From Oscillospiraceae bacterium (GTDB taxonomy: Bacteria; Bacillota; Clostridia; Oscillospirales; CAG-272): a stretch of 64,000 nucleotides of DNA. Position numbers and translations under genes: made by a program. A model generated the notes under the pieces. It did not search any database. It saw nothing but the letters and a program-made list of their open reading frames with translations, and had not been told where the DNA came from. Below are positions 7,391 through 15,952 of this stretch, piece by piece (the stretch's first letter is position 1; the number at the start of each line of letters is the position of its first letter). Location of the stretch: contig SVQY01000008.1 in the NCBI GenBank assembly GCA_015065135.1, forward strand, positions 1,264 to 65,263, read 5' to 3'.

Positions 7391-8215
7391 ATGAAAAAAG
7401 TATGTGTCATCACAGGCGCAGGCGGCGTGCTTTGCTCTGCCTTCGCCAAGGAAATGGCGGCAAACGGCTATGCCGTTGCGCTGCTGGATCTGAACGAGGC
7501 CGCCGCCAAGGCTGTGGCCGATGAGATCACCGCCGCAGGCGGCACCGCCAAGGCGTATGCCACCAACGTGCTGGATAAGGCTGTGCTGGAGAGCGTGCAC
7601 GAGCAGGTGCTGGCCGACCTCGGCCCCTGCGACGTGCTGATCAACGGCGCGGGCGGCAATAATCCCAGAGCCACCACCGCCCACGAGACCTATGAGAAGG
7701 GTGACGAGGCGAGAGAGGACATCGCCACCTTCTTCAATCTGGACAAATCCGGCTTCGAGTTCGTATTCAACCTCAATATTATGGGCACGCTGCTGCCCAC
7801 CCAGGTCTTTGTGAAGGATATGATCGGCCGCGAGGGCTGCTCCATTCTGAACATCTCCTCGATGAACGCCTTTACGCCCCTCACCAAGATCCCTGCGTAT
7901 TCTGCGGCCAAGGCGGGCATCTCCAACTTCACCCAGTGGCTCGCCGTGCATTTTGCACCTGCGGGCATCCGCGTAAACGCCATGGCGCCCGGCTTCTTTG
8001 CCACCAATCAGAATCGCGCCCTCCTTTTTAACGAGGATGGCTCTCTGACCCCTCGCAGCGGCAAGATCCTGGCGGCAACCCCTATGGGTCGCTTTGGTAA
8101 GCCCGAGGAGCTGCTTGGCACCCTCAACTTCCTGACCAACGCAGAGGTCTCCGGCTTTGTCACCGGTGTGGTGATCCCCGTTGACGGCGGCTTCTCTGCC
8201 TACTCGGGTGTATAA
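7391..8215 (+). CDS. uxuB: SDR-family D-mannonate oxidoreductase (fructuronate reductase type)
   Basis: ATG at 7391; TGAGGVLC Rossmann motif, YSAAK catalytic motif, and the insert GGNNPRATT...FFNLD typical of SDR-type UxuB; sits next to uxuA. Confidence 0.65.
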   Translation: MKKVCVITGAGGVLCSAFAKEMAANGYAVALLDLNEAAAKAVADEITAAGGTAKAYATNVLDKAVLESVHEQVLADLGPCDVLINGAGGNNPRATTAHETYEKGDEAREDIATFFNLDKSGFEFVFNLNIMGTLLPTQVFVKDMIGREGCSILNISSMNAFTPLTKIPAYSAAKAGISNFTQWLAVHFAPAGIRVNAMAPGFFATNQNRALLFNEDGSLTPRSGKILAATPMGRFGKPEELLGTLNFLTNAEVSGFVTGVVIPVDGGFSAYSGV

Positions 8216-8259
8216 AATCCATACACGTGACGCGTTTTTTGCGACAAAAGGAGAAAAAT

Positions 8260-9102
8260 ATGGTCAATTATAAGCTTTGTGCCTTTGCTGATGAGGCGGA
8301 TAAGGCCCTTGCGGGTCAGATCCGTGCCATGCAGGAAAACGGCATCGAATATCTGGAAATGCGGGGCGTGAACGGCATCAACGTTGCAAAGCTCACCGCC
8401 GCCGAGGCAAAGAGCGCCGCCGCCGAGCTGAAGGCGGGCGGCATCAAGGTCTGGTCGCTGGGCTCCCCCGCAGGCAAGACCCCCATCACCGATCCCTTTG
8501 ATTTTGAACAGGAGCAGTTCAAGAGACTGCTGGAGACTGCCGATATCACCGGTGCCAAATGCATCCGTCTGTTCAGCTTCTACGGCACCGACGGCAAGGC
8601 GGCGTACCGCGACGAGGTCATGGCGCGCCTTTCCCGCTTCGTGGAGCTTGCCAAGGGCAGCGGTGTGATCCTCTGCCACGAGAACGAGAAGGGCATTTAC
8701 GGCGATAACGCCGCCAGATGCCTGGAGATCCACCGGTTGGTTCCCGAGCTGAAGGGCGTGTTCGACCCTGCCAACTTTGTGCAGTGCGAGCAGGATACCC
8801 TGGAGGCGTGGGATATGCTGGAGCCGTACATCTATTACGGTCATATCAAAGATGCCAACAAGGAGGGCAAGGTGGTGCCCCCCGGTAAGGGCGAGGGCAA
8901 TCTGCCCACCTACCTGAAGCGCTTCTTCGCCAAGGGCTGCGAGGTGCTGACCCTGGAGCCTCACCTGACCAAGTTCGTGGGGCTTGCCGCGCTGGAGAAC
9001 GACGACGTGCCCCAGTCGGTTGCCGATTGGAGCTTCAAGAGCAACCGCGAGGCGTTCGATTTTGCAACCAATACCTTAAAGAAAATGCTGGAGGAGCTGT
9101 AA
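8260..9102 (+). CDS. xylose-isomerase-like TIM-barrel protein (sugar phosphate isomerase/epimerase family) 1
   Basis: ATG at 8260 after AAAGGAGAAAA; the motifs CHENE, DPANF, HIKD and LEPH resemble the AP_endonuc_2/TIM-barrel metal-ligand pattern. Confidence 0.7.
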   Translation: MVNYKLCAFADEADKALAGQIRAMQENGIEYLEMRGVNGINVAKLTAAEAKSAAAELKAGGIKVWSLGSPAGKTPITDPFDFEQEQFKRLLETADITGAKCIRLFSFYGTDGKAAYRDEVMARLSRFVELAKGSGVILCHENEKGIYGDNAARCLEIHRLVPELKGVFDPANFVQCEQDTLEAWDMLEPYIYYGHIKDANKEGKVVPPGKGEGNLPTYLKRFFAKGCEVLTLEPHLTKFVGLAALENDDVPQSVADWSFKSNREAFDFATNTLKKMLEEL

Positions 9103-9103
9103 T

Positions 9104-9901
9104 ATGGGAACTGTTATCGGCGCTCAGCTCTATACGCTGAGAGATTATTGTAAGACCCCCGAGGATCTGGAAAACACCCTCAAACGGGTCGCGAAAATGG
9201 GCTATAAGGCCGTGCAGCTGTCGGGTGTTTGCGCGTGCGACCCCGTTTGGCTGAAGGGCGTGCTGGACCGCCTTGGTCTGGTGGCACCCCTGACCCACAC
9301 CTCTCCCAAGCTGCTGGCCGAAAAGCCGGAGGCCGTGATCGAGGCGCATAAGACGATCGGCGCGAATTATATCGGCATCGGTTCCGCCCCCGGCATTTTC
9401 CAGAAGGAGGAGCCCCGTCGCCCCTTGGACGAGATCTACAACGAGCTGATCGAGAAATTCGCACCCGTGATCGAAAAGATCAAGGCAGCAGGCCTGCAGT
9501 TCGGCTACCATCACCACGACAGGGAATTTGCCAAGCTGGCAAACGGTAAGCTGTTCATCGACGAGCTCTGTGACCGCTTTACCCCTGCCGAGTGTGCCAT
9601 CATCGTGGATACCTACTGGGTGCAGGCGGGCGGCTCGGATCCTGCGGCTTGGCTGCGTAAGCTGAACGGCCGCATCAAGTGCATCCATTTCAAGGATATG
9701 TCCTTCAGCACCGAGGATCAGAAGGTGCGTATGGCCGCCATCGGTGACGGCAACATCAATTGGGATGCTGTCTTTGCTGCCGTGAAGGAAAGCGACATCG
9801 AGTACGCCTTCGTGGAGCAGGATAAGTCCTACGATGAGGATCCCTTTGATTGTATGGAGAGAAGTCTGAAGTTCATCCGCGCACACGGCTTCGCGGACTA
9901 A
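9104..9901 (+). CDS. xylose-isomerase-like TIM-barrel protein (sugar phosphate isomerase/epimerase family) 2
   Basis: Starts 1 nt after the previous stop; YHHHDREF, VDTYW, IHFKD and VEQD resemble the metal-ligand pattern of the same fold. Confidence 0.7.
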   Translation: MGTVIGAQLYTLRDYCKTPEDLENTLKRVAKMGYKAVQLSGVCACDPVWLKGVLDRLGLVAPLTHTSPKLLAEKPEAVIEAHKTIGANYIGIGSAPGIFQKEEPRRPLDEIYNELIEKFAPVIEKIKAAGLQFGYHHHDREFAKLANGKLFIDELCDRFTPAECAIIVDTYWVQAGGSDPAAWLRKLNGRIKCIHFKDMSFSTEDQKVRMAAIGDGNINWDAVFAAVKESDIEYAFVEQDKSYDEDPFDCMERSLKFIRAHGFAD

Positions 9902-9917
9902 AAAGGAGGCAAACGGT

Positions 9918-11126
9918 ATGCAAAAGATCAAGCTTGGTATCATCGGCTTCGGCAATATCGGCTGCGGCAATCACACCAAAAATATCTGGAAGGGCAAGTG
10001 CCCCGAGGTGGAGCTTGCCGCCGTGGCGGATCACGATCCCGCCCGTCTGGAGGCCTGCCGCGAGATGTGCAAGGAGTATCAGAAGGAATATCCCGACAAT
10101 AACATCAGCGAGCCGCTGCTTTTTGAGAGCGCTGAGGCGATGATGGACGCGAAGGTGGTGGATGCGGTGCTGGTCGCCGTGCCGCATTACGATCATCCCG
10201 GCCTCACCATCAAGGCGCTGGAGCGCGGTCTGCACGTGATGTGCGAGAAGCCCGCAGGCGTCTACACCCTGCAGGTGAGGGAGATGATGGCCTGCGCCGA
10301 CAAGCACCCCGAGCTGGTGTTCGGTATGATGTTCAATCAACGCACCAATCCCGTATTCCGCAAGATGCGGGAGATCATTCAGAGCGGTGAGCTTGGCGAG
10401 ATCCGCCGCACCAACTGGCTGATCACCAACTGGTACAGACCCCAGTACTATTACGACTCAGGCGCTTGGCGCGCTACCTGGAGCGGAGAGGGCGGCGGCG
10501 TGCTGCTGAACCAGTGCCCTCATAATCTGGATCTTTGGCAGTGGATCTGCGGTATGCCCAAAAAGATCCACGCGCATATGCATTTCGGCAAGTGGCACGA
10601 CATTGAGGTGGAGGACGACGTGACCGCCTACGCCGAGTACGAAAACGGCGCGACGGGTACCTTTATCACCACCACCGGCGATACCCCCGGCACCAACCGC
10701 TTTGAGGTGGTCTGCGATGGCGGCACCCTGATCTGCGAGGATGCCAAGACCCTGACCTTGAAGAAGCTGGAAATGACCATCGACGAGTATTCCAGAACCA
10801 ATACCACCTCTGCCTTCGGCAAGCCCAAGGCCGAGATCATTACTCCCGAGCTTGAGGGAGAGAATTCTCAGCACGTTGGCGTGCTGAATGCTTTCGCTGC
10901 CGCGATCCTGCGCGGTGAGCCCCTGGTGGCCGACGGCCGTGAGGGCATCAACGGCCTGATGATCTCCAACGCCATGCACCTCTCCGCGTGGGAGGATCGC
11001 ACCGTGGAGCTGCCCTTTGACGAGCAGCGCTTCTACGACCTGCTCATGGAGCGCGTCAAGACCTCCCGCCGCAAGGAGAATGTGGCGAGCGTGGTCAGCG
11101 ATACCGAGGGAAGCTATAACGCATAA
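9918..11126 (+). CDS. Gfo/Idh/MocA family NAD(P)-dependent oxidoreductase
   Basis: IKLGIIGFGNIG Rossmann motif and EKP motif (VMCEKPAG); ~400 aa, typical of the family. Confidence 0.8.
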   Translation: MQKIKLGIIGFGNIGCGNHTKNIWKGKCPEVELAAVADHDPARLEACREMCKEYQKEYPDNNISEPLLFESAEAMMDAKVVDAVLVAVPHYDHPGLTIKALERGLHVMCEKPAGVYTLQVREMMACADKHPELVFGMMFNQRTNPVFRKMREIIQSGELGEIRRTNWLITNWYRPQYYYDSGAWRATWSGEGGGVLLNQCPHNLDLWQWICGMPKKIHAHMHFGKWHDIEVEDDVTAYAEYENGATGTFITTTGDTPGTNRFEVVCDGGTLICEDAKTLTLKKLEMTIDEYSRTNTTSAFGKPKAEIITPELEGENSQHVGVLNAFAAAILRGEPLVADGREGINGLMISNAMHLSAWEDRTVELPFDEQRFYDLLMERVKTSRRKENVASVVSDTEGSYNA

Positions 11127-11134
11127 CGCACCTT

Positions 11135-11193
11135 GCGCACCGTCACTTTTTGCGAGAAAATCGCAAAAAGGGCTTGACGGTGCGCCTTTTTTT
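11135..11193 (+). terminator. nested-stem terminator after the oxidoreductase gene
   Basis: Outer stem GCGCACCGTCA / TGACGGTGCGC, inner stem CTTTTTGCGA / TCGCAAAAAG, then CTTTTTTT. Confidence 0.7.
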
Positions 11194-11201
11194 GATATAA
11201 T
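11174..11201 (+). promoter_or_regulatory. promoter overlapping the 3' arm of the preceding terminator
   Basis: TTGACG (11174-11179), 16-nt spacer, TATAAT (11196-11201). Confidence 0.5.
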
Positions 11202-11250
11202 GAGGGTGAGGCTCGCAAGCCGAAAATACATACCGTTAAGGGGGTAAAAC

Positions 11251-12207
11251 ATGAAAAAGGATATGCTTTGGGGCATTATGATCTATCTGGGCGACCATAT
11301 GTGGGACGATGAGACCACGCCGCCCCGCGGCTGGTATCTGGATCCGCTCTACACCGAGAATATGAGGACCACCGAAAAGGCGTGGGATATGTCTGTGCAG
11401 TTTATGGCCGAGCGGCAGTATAATATGGCGCTGATCGACGTGGGCGACGGCATCAAGTATGAGAGCCACCCCGAGATCTCGGTACCCAACGCCTGGGATA
11501 AGGATTTCCTGCGCAAGAAGTTAAACGAAATGCGCGCTCTTGGCATCGAGCCCATCCCGAAGCTCAATTTCTCCACTGCTCACGATACCTGGATGAAGCA
11601 GTATCGCCGTATGATCTCCACCCCCGCCTATTATCAGTTCTGCGCCGATGTGATCCGCGAGGTCTGTGAGGTGTTCGATCACCCCCGTTTCTTCCACCTG
11701 GGCTGCGACGAGGAGGTGCCCGAGCATCAGAAGAGGTTTGAAATGACGGTGGTGCGCCACGCTGATCTTTGGTGGCACGATTTCTATTTCCTTTGCCGCG
11801 AGTGCGAGAAGAACGGCACCCGCCCCTGGATCTGGTCGGATTACCTCTGGAAAAACGAGGCGCTGTTCCTCCGGAATATGCCCAAGGACGTGCTGCAATC
11901 CAACTGGTTCTACGGCGATTTCAAGGACTACGGCGACGACCATCCGGGCAGCCGCCGTTCTATAGAGTGCTATGAGCTGCTGGATAAGCACGGCTTCGAG
12001 CAGATCCCCACGGGTTCTACCTGGTCCCGCGCCAACAATCTCTATCAAACGGTGGGTCACGGCAAGAATAAGTTGGATCAAAGCCGCCTGCTGGGCTTCC
12101 TCGGTGCCCCCTGGAGCTTCACCGACGAGGAGGGTGTCTACACGCTCTTCAACGAGGCAAACAAGCTCTATCTCGCACGCAAAAAATGGTATCCCGAGAC
12201 CCTGTGA
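11251..12207 (+). CDS. cytoplasmic glycoside-hydrolase-like TIM-barrel protein (GH20-like HxGxDE motif), function uncertain
   Basis: FFHLGCDEE resembles the GH20 H-x-G-x-D-E catalytic motif; no signal peptide; RBS GGGGG before the ATG. Confidence 0.4.
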   Translation: MKKDMLWGIMIYLGDHMWDDETTPPRGWYLDPLYTENMRTTEKAWDMSVQFMAERQYNMALIDVGDGIKYESHPEISVPNAWDKDFLRKKLNEMRALGIEPIPKLNFSTAHDTWMKQYRRMISTPAYYQFCADVIREVCEVFDHPRFFHLGCDEEVPEHQKRFEMTVVRHADLWWHDFYFLCRECEKNGTRPWIWSDYLWKNEALFLRNMPKDVLQSNWFYGDFKDYGDDHPGSRRSIECYELLDKHGFEQIPTGSTWSRANNLYQTVGHGKNKLDQSRLLGFLGAPWSFTDEEGVYTLFNEANKLYLARKKWYPETL

Positions 12208-12232
12208 TGCGCAAAAAACGCAACACGGTATC

Positions 12233-12271
12233 AAAAAAAGCCGAAACGTCGAGGACGTTTCGGCTTTTTTT
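12233..12271. terminator. bidirectional terminator between convergent genes
   Basis: A-tract, then GCCGAAACGTC-GAG-GACGTTTCGGC, then T-tract. Confidence 0.8.
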
Positions 12272-13280
12272 ACTTGCTTTGATTTTTTTGAAGCTCGGCG
12301 TTCTGCCGGCGGAAATTGCGCAGCGTCACGCCCTTGAAAATGGTCAGAAATACGCGCTGCGGCAGCACGACGTACATTGCCTTTTCGATCTTGTGGATCG
12401 GGCCGCCGGCGGAAGGCTTTTTGATCACGTCGGAAAAGATCGAGCCCTTGACGTACTTGTTAAAGAGCTTGTTGGCCGGGTGCAGATTGCGCTTGTGCCA
12501 GGGGAAGTCCCCGAGGTAGCGGTAAACGTGCAGGATCACGGGGTTCTCGCGTGCCTCCTCCAGCTCGGCGGCGGTATAATACACCTTGGGCTTGTAGACC
12601 TTGAAATAGGTTTTGTCGCGAAAGGCCAGGTGATGGGGCTGCAGGTTGTAGCCGGGGGGGAGCAGATAGGCACGCCCCTGCAGCACCAGGTTGAGCAGAT
12701 CCTGATCCGGGTTGCAGTACTGCGCCTGCACGTGCTGGATGTGATCCATCATTTTTTCAGTGATGCCTTGCTTTTTCCATTCGGGCACGTTGATCAGCGA
12801 AACGCCGGCGTTGAAATACAGATCCTCCGGCTTCAGCCCCAGCATCTCCTTGTATTTGATCGAGAGCGAGTCCCGTACCACGCCGATGACCTTGTCCCCC
12901 ATATCCAGCTCGGCCAGCGGCAGCAGCGAGCCGGTGACAAGGGTGTCGCAATCGATATACAGCAGGCGACGGGTGTCCTTTTTGACGAACAGATCAAAGA
13001 ACAGACGGAAATTGGTGGTGTAGGAGCCGCGGTACATGGGAATGCCCAGCGCCTTGATGCGGCGGATGATGGCGGCGGCATCCACAAAGGTCAGCGTGCG
13101 CCCATAGTGCTTGGCCTGCCGCAGCAGCCGCAGCAGCGTCGGGCGACTGACGTTATCCACCACGCAGTAGATGGTCATATCGGTCAGATCCTTGTTGTTT
13201 TCGAACAGAGAATACATCGATACACCCGCCCACGGGGCGTAATTTTCATCAAATGCGTATAAAATGCTCAAATCCTTCAT
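12270..13280 (-). CDS. glycosyltransferase family 8 (retaining hexosyltransferase)
   Basis: ILYAFDENYAPWAGVSMYSLFENN...LLYIDCDTLV (DxD) is GT8-like; start taken at ATG 13280 (AAAGGA RBS), alternative ATG at 13316. Confidence 0.7.
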   Translation of the reverse strand: MKDLSILYAFDENYAPWAGVSMYSLFENNKDLTDMTIYCVVDNVSRPTLLRLLRQAKHYGRTLTFVDAAAIIRRIKALGIPMYRGSYTTNFRLFFDLFVKKDTRRLLYIDCDTLVTGSLLPLAELDMGDKVIGVVRDSLSIKYKEMLGLKPEDLYFNAGVSLINVPEWKKQGITEKMMDHIQHVQAQYCNPDQDLLNLVLQGRAYLLPPGYNLQPHHLAFRDKTYFKVYKPKVYYTAAELEEARENPVILHVYRYLGDFPWHKRNLHPANKLFNKYVKGSIFSDVIKKPSAGGPIHKIEKAMYVVLPQRVFLTIFKGVTLRNFRRQNAELQKNQSK

Positions 13281-13383
13281 AGCTTTGATCCTTTGCGTTT
13301 TATCGTGCTTGTTCATAAGCTCATTATAGCACGGTGAGCGACCTTTGTCAAGAAAGTGCGGTCGCTGCCGCCTCGCGCGCGTG

Positions 13384-13412
13384 TTGACAAGCATTATCTT
13401 TAGTGTTATAAT
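13384..13412 (+). promoter_or_regulatory. promoter of the polysaccharide-locus plus-strand operon
   Basis: TTGACA (13384-13389), 17-nt spacer, TATAAT (13407-13412). Confidence 0.6.
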
Positions 13413-13475
13413 AATTTGTGTGTTTGACGGGTATTGTATCCGTCACAGAACCGTTTTGGGAAGGGGGCATAGACA

Positions 13476-15155
13476 ATGACGGTGACTTATGCAGGCATCC
13501 GGCGCTACGCGTTTTCTTTTCTTGCGCTGCCCGGCATCGTTTTTGCTCTTGGTTTTTTAAGATGGTATATCGGTGTGCCGATGGCGCTGCTGATCCTTTG
13601 TGCCACCGTCTGGATGCTGATGCAGGGAAAGGCGGAGCCCATCCCGTCGGATGCGCCACAGCTGCGGCTGAAGCGCTGGCAATGCCTTGCGCTTCTTGGC
13701 ATTGTCACGCTCTGGTGCTTGCTTTCCGGGCTCGGCAATCTCTATTATCAAAGCAGCGACTGGGGGGCGCGGAACGCCATTTTCCGCGATCTCATCCGCT
13801 TTGACTGGCCGGTGGTCTACGCCTCCAAAAACGCCGCGCTGGTCTACTATATCGGCTTCTGGCTGCCGCCGGCGCTGGTAGGCAAGCTCTTTCTTGCGCT
13901 GGGCTGTGGCATCGGGACGGCCTTTGCCATCGGTAATATCGCTCTGCTGCTCTGGTCGGTCGCGCATCTGTACGTGATCCTCCTATTGGTGATGCTGCTC
14001 ACGCGCGCCGATACCCCTAAGCGCTTTTTTGCGGTCATTCTGATCTTTATCGGCTTTGGCGGCTGGGATATCATAGGTGCCATCGTCAAGCTGATCACGG
14101 TGGGCACACCGATCCCACGGCATCTGGAATGGTGGACGCACTATCAGTTCAGCGCCATGACCACCTGCCTTGGATGGGTGTTCAATCAAGCCATTCCCGC
14201 CTGGCTCACGGTTGCCTGCTTCCTGCACGAGAAAAAGCTTTGCAACTATGCGTTCCTGGTGGTGATGTGTGCCGCCTCCGCGCCCTTGCCCTGTGTGGGG
14301 CTGGCGGCGTATATGCTGGCGGTGCTCGTATGGCGAACCGTTTGCGCCTGCCGTCGTCGGCAGCTGCCGGCACTTTTGCGCGAGATCCTGACACCGCAAA
14401 ATCTGATCGCCGTTTTCCTGGTCTTCCCGATGTGGCTGCTCTATTATATGTCGAATATGGCAGTCGGCGCAGAGCCGACCCTGAAGCAGACGCGGATCGA
14501 TTATCCTGCCGTGGCGATATTGCTGGCGGCGGCTGTGGCAATGATCGTCCTTGCCGTATGGCGTTACCGCCGTGGCGGCAAGGGGCTCTCGCTCCTGCTG
14601 CCGGGCATCGCGCTGCTGACGGTGGGCATATGGGGCTTCTTCAATGCCGACGTGACATGGCTCTATCTGTGGTCTCTCCTGCTGGAGAGCGCCTTGTACC
14701 TTGGCGTTTTGTGGTGGGCGGAGCGCGATACGCTGCTTTACCGCGTGGCACTCTTTTCCGCCGTTCTCCTGCCGCTTTTCAAGATCGGCACCGACTTTGA
14801 TTTCTGCATGCGCGCCTCTATCCCCACCGTGTTCATTCTGGCGGTGCTCTCGATCCGCTTTCTGCTTTGCCACGAGGATGCCGTCACCCGGCGCCGCACG
14901 GTAGCCCCCGAGCAGCGGCTGCCACGGGTGCTTTGCCTTATACTGATCGGCGTGCTGCTGGTCGGATCGGTCACGCTGATGGCCGAGCTGGTGAGCGGCG
15001 TGCGTGGCGTGATCGAGGCCGGCAGGCTGAATGCTGTGAACGACGGCATTTACACCTTTGATCAGATCTTTACCGGCGAGCGCTACGGCGCGGACCGCAA
15101 CTTCATTGCCGAGCGGTATCTGGAGACCTTCTTCTTCCGCTACCTGGCAAAATAA
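13476..15155 (+). CDS. large polytopic membrane protein, possibly a Wzy-like polymerase or GT-C type transferase
   Basis: 559 aa with more than 12 hydrophobic segments; sits between glycosyltransferases and a flippase; I recognise no diagnostic motif. Confidence 0.35.
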   Translation: MTVTYAGIRRYAFSFLALPGIVFALGFLRWYIGVPMALLILCATVWMLMQGKAEPIPSDAPQLRLKRWQCLALLGIVTLWCLLSGLGNLYYQSSDWGARNAIFRDLIRFDWPVVYASKNAALVYYIGFWLPPALVGKLFLALGCGIGTAFAIGNIALLLWSVAHLYVILLLVMLLTRADTPKRFFAVILIFIGFGGWDIIGAIVKLITVGTPIPRHLEWWTHYQFSAMTTCLGWVFNQAIPAWLTVACFLHEKKLCNYAFLVVMCAASAPLPCVGLAAYMLAVLVWRTVCACRRRQLPALLREILTPQNLIAVFLVFPMWLLYYMSNMAVGAEPTLKQTRIDYPAVAILLAAAVAMIVLAVWRYRRGGKGLSLLLPGIALLTVGIWGFFNADVTWLYLWSLLLESALYLGVLWWAERDTLLYRVALFSAVLLPLFKIGTDFDFCMRASIPTVFILAVLSIRFLLCHEDAVTRRRTVAPEQRLPRVLCLILIGVLLVGSVTLMAELVSGVRGVIEAGRLNAVNDGIYTFDQIFTGERYGADRNFIAERYLETFFFRYLAK

Positions 15156-15173
15156 CGAACCGGGAGGGCAATT

Positions 15174-15932
15174 ATGTCGGATATCAAGATATACGTGGCG
15201 GCGCACAAGCGCTTTGAGGTCTCAAAGCGGCTCACGCCGGCCTATCAGCTCCTGCAGGTGGGCAGCGAGGGCAGGGAGCCCCTTGGCTTTCTGCGCGATA
15301 ATGAGGGAGATCATATTTCAGAAAAAAACGCCAGCTATTGTGAGCTGACCGGCCTTTACTGGATCTGGAAGAACACGACCTCGGATGTGGTCGGCCTTTG
15401 CCACTACCGCCGCTACTTCTCCTCGCGACTGCTGGACCGTGAGCTGCATCAGCTGCTCACCGAGCCGCAGATCGAGCGCATTATGAAAAAATACGATGTG
15501 ATCCTGCCGCGCCGTGTGGACCTTGGAAGGCAGACGGTGCGCACCCATTACGCGGCCGCACACTATGAAAAGGATCTGGATACCACCCGTCGCGCCATCG
15601 CGGCGCTCTATCCCGATTACCTGCCTGCCTTTGACGACGTGATGGGGATGCATCGCACCTATCAGTGCAATATGTTCATTATGCCGCGCGAGCTGATGAA
15701 CGCCTACTGCAAATGGCTCTTTGACGTGCTTTCGTACGTGGAGGAGAATACCGATATCAGCGAATACGATGCGGTGCAGCGCCGTGTCTTCGGCTATCTT
15801 GGCGAGAGGCTGCTGCACGTTTGGGTGCATCATCGCCAGCTGCGCGTGTGTGAAAAATGGTTCGCCAGCACCGAAATGACGGTCAAAAAGATCGCGCAGA
15901 CCCTGCTGGATCGGGTGAAAAAGAAAAAGTAA
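15174..15932 (+). CDS. DUF4422 domain protein (putative exopolysaccharide glycosyltransferase)
   Basis: IKIYVAAHKRF...YCELTGLYWIWKN...GLCHYRRYF...NMFIM...RVFGYLGERLL matches the DUF4422 signature. Confidence 0.75.
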   Translation: MSDIKIYVAAHKRFEVSKRLTPAYQLLQVGSEGREPLGFLRDNEGDHISEKNASYCELTGLYWIWKNTTSDVVGLCHYRRYFSSRLLDRELHQLLTEPQIERIMKKYDVILPRRVDLGRQTVRTHYAAAHYEKDLDTTRRAIAALYPDYLPAFDDVMGMHRTYQCNMFIMPRELMNAYCKWLFDVLSYVEENTDISEYDAVQRRVFGYLGERLLHVWVHHRQLRVCEKWFASTEMTVKKIAQTLLDRVKKKK

Positions 15933-15952
15933 GAAAAAAGGAGGTGACCGCG

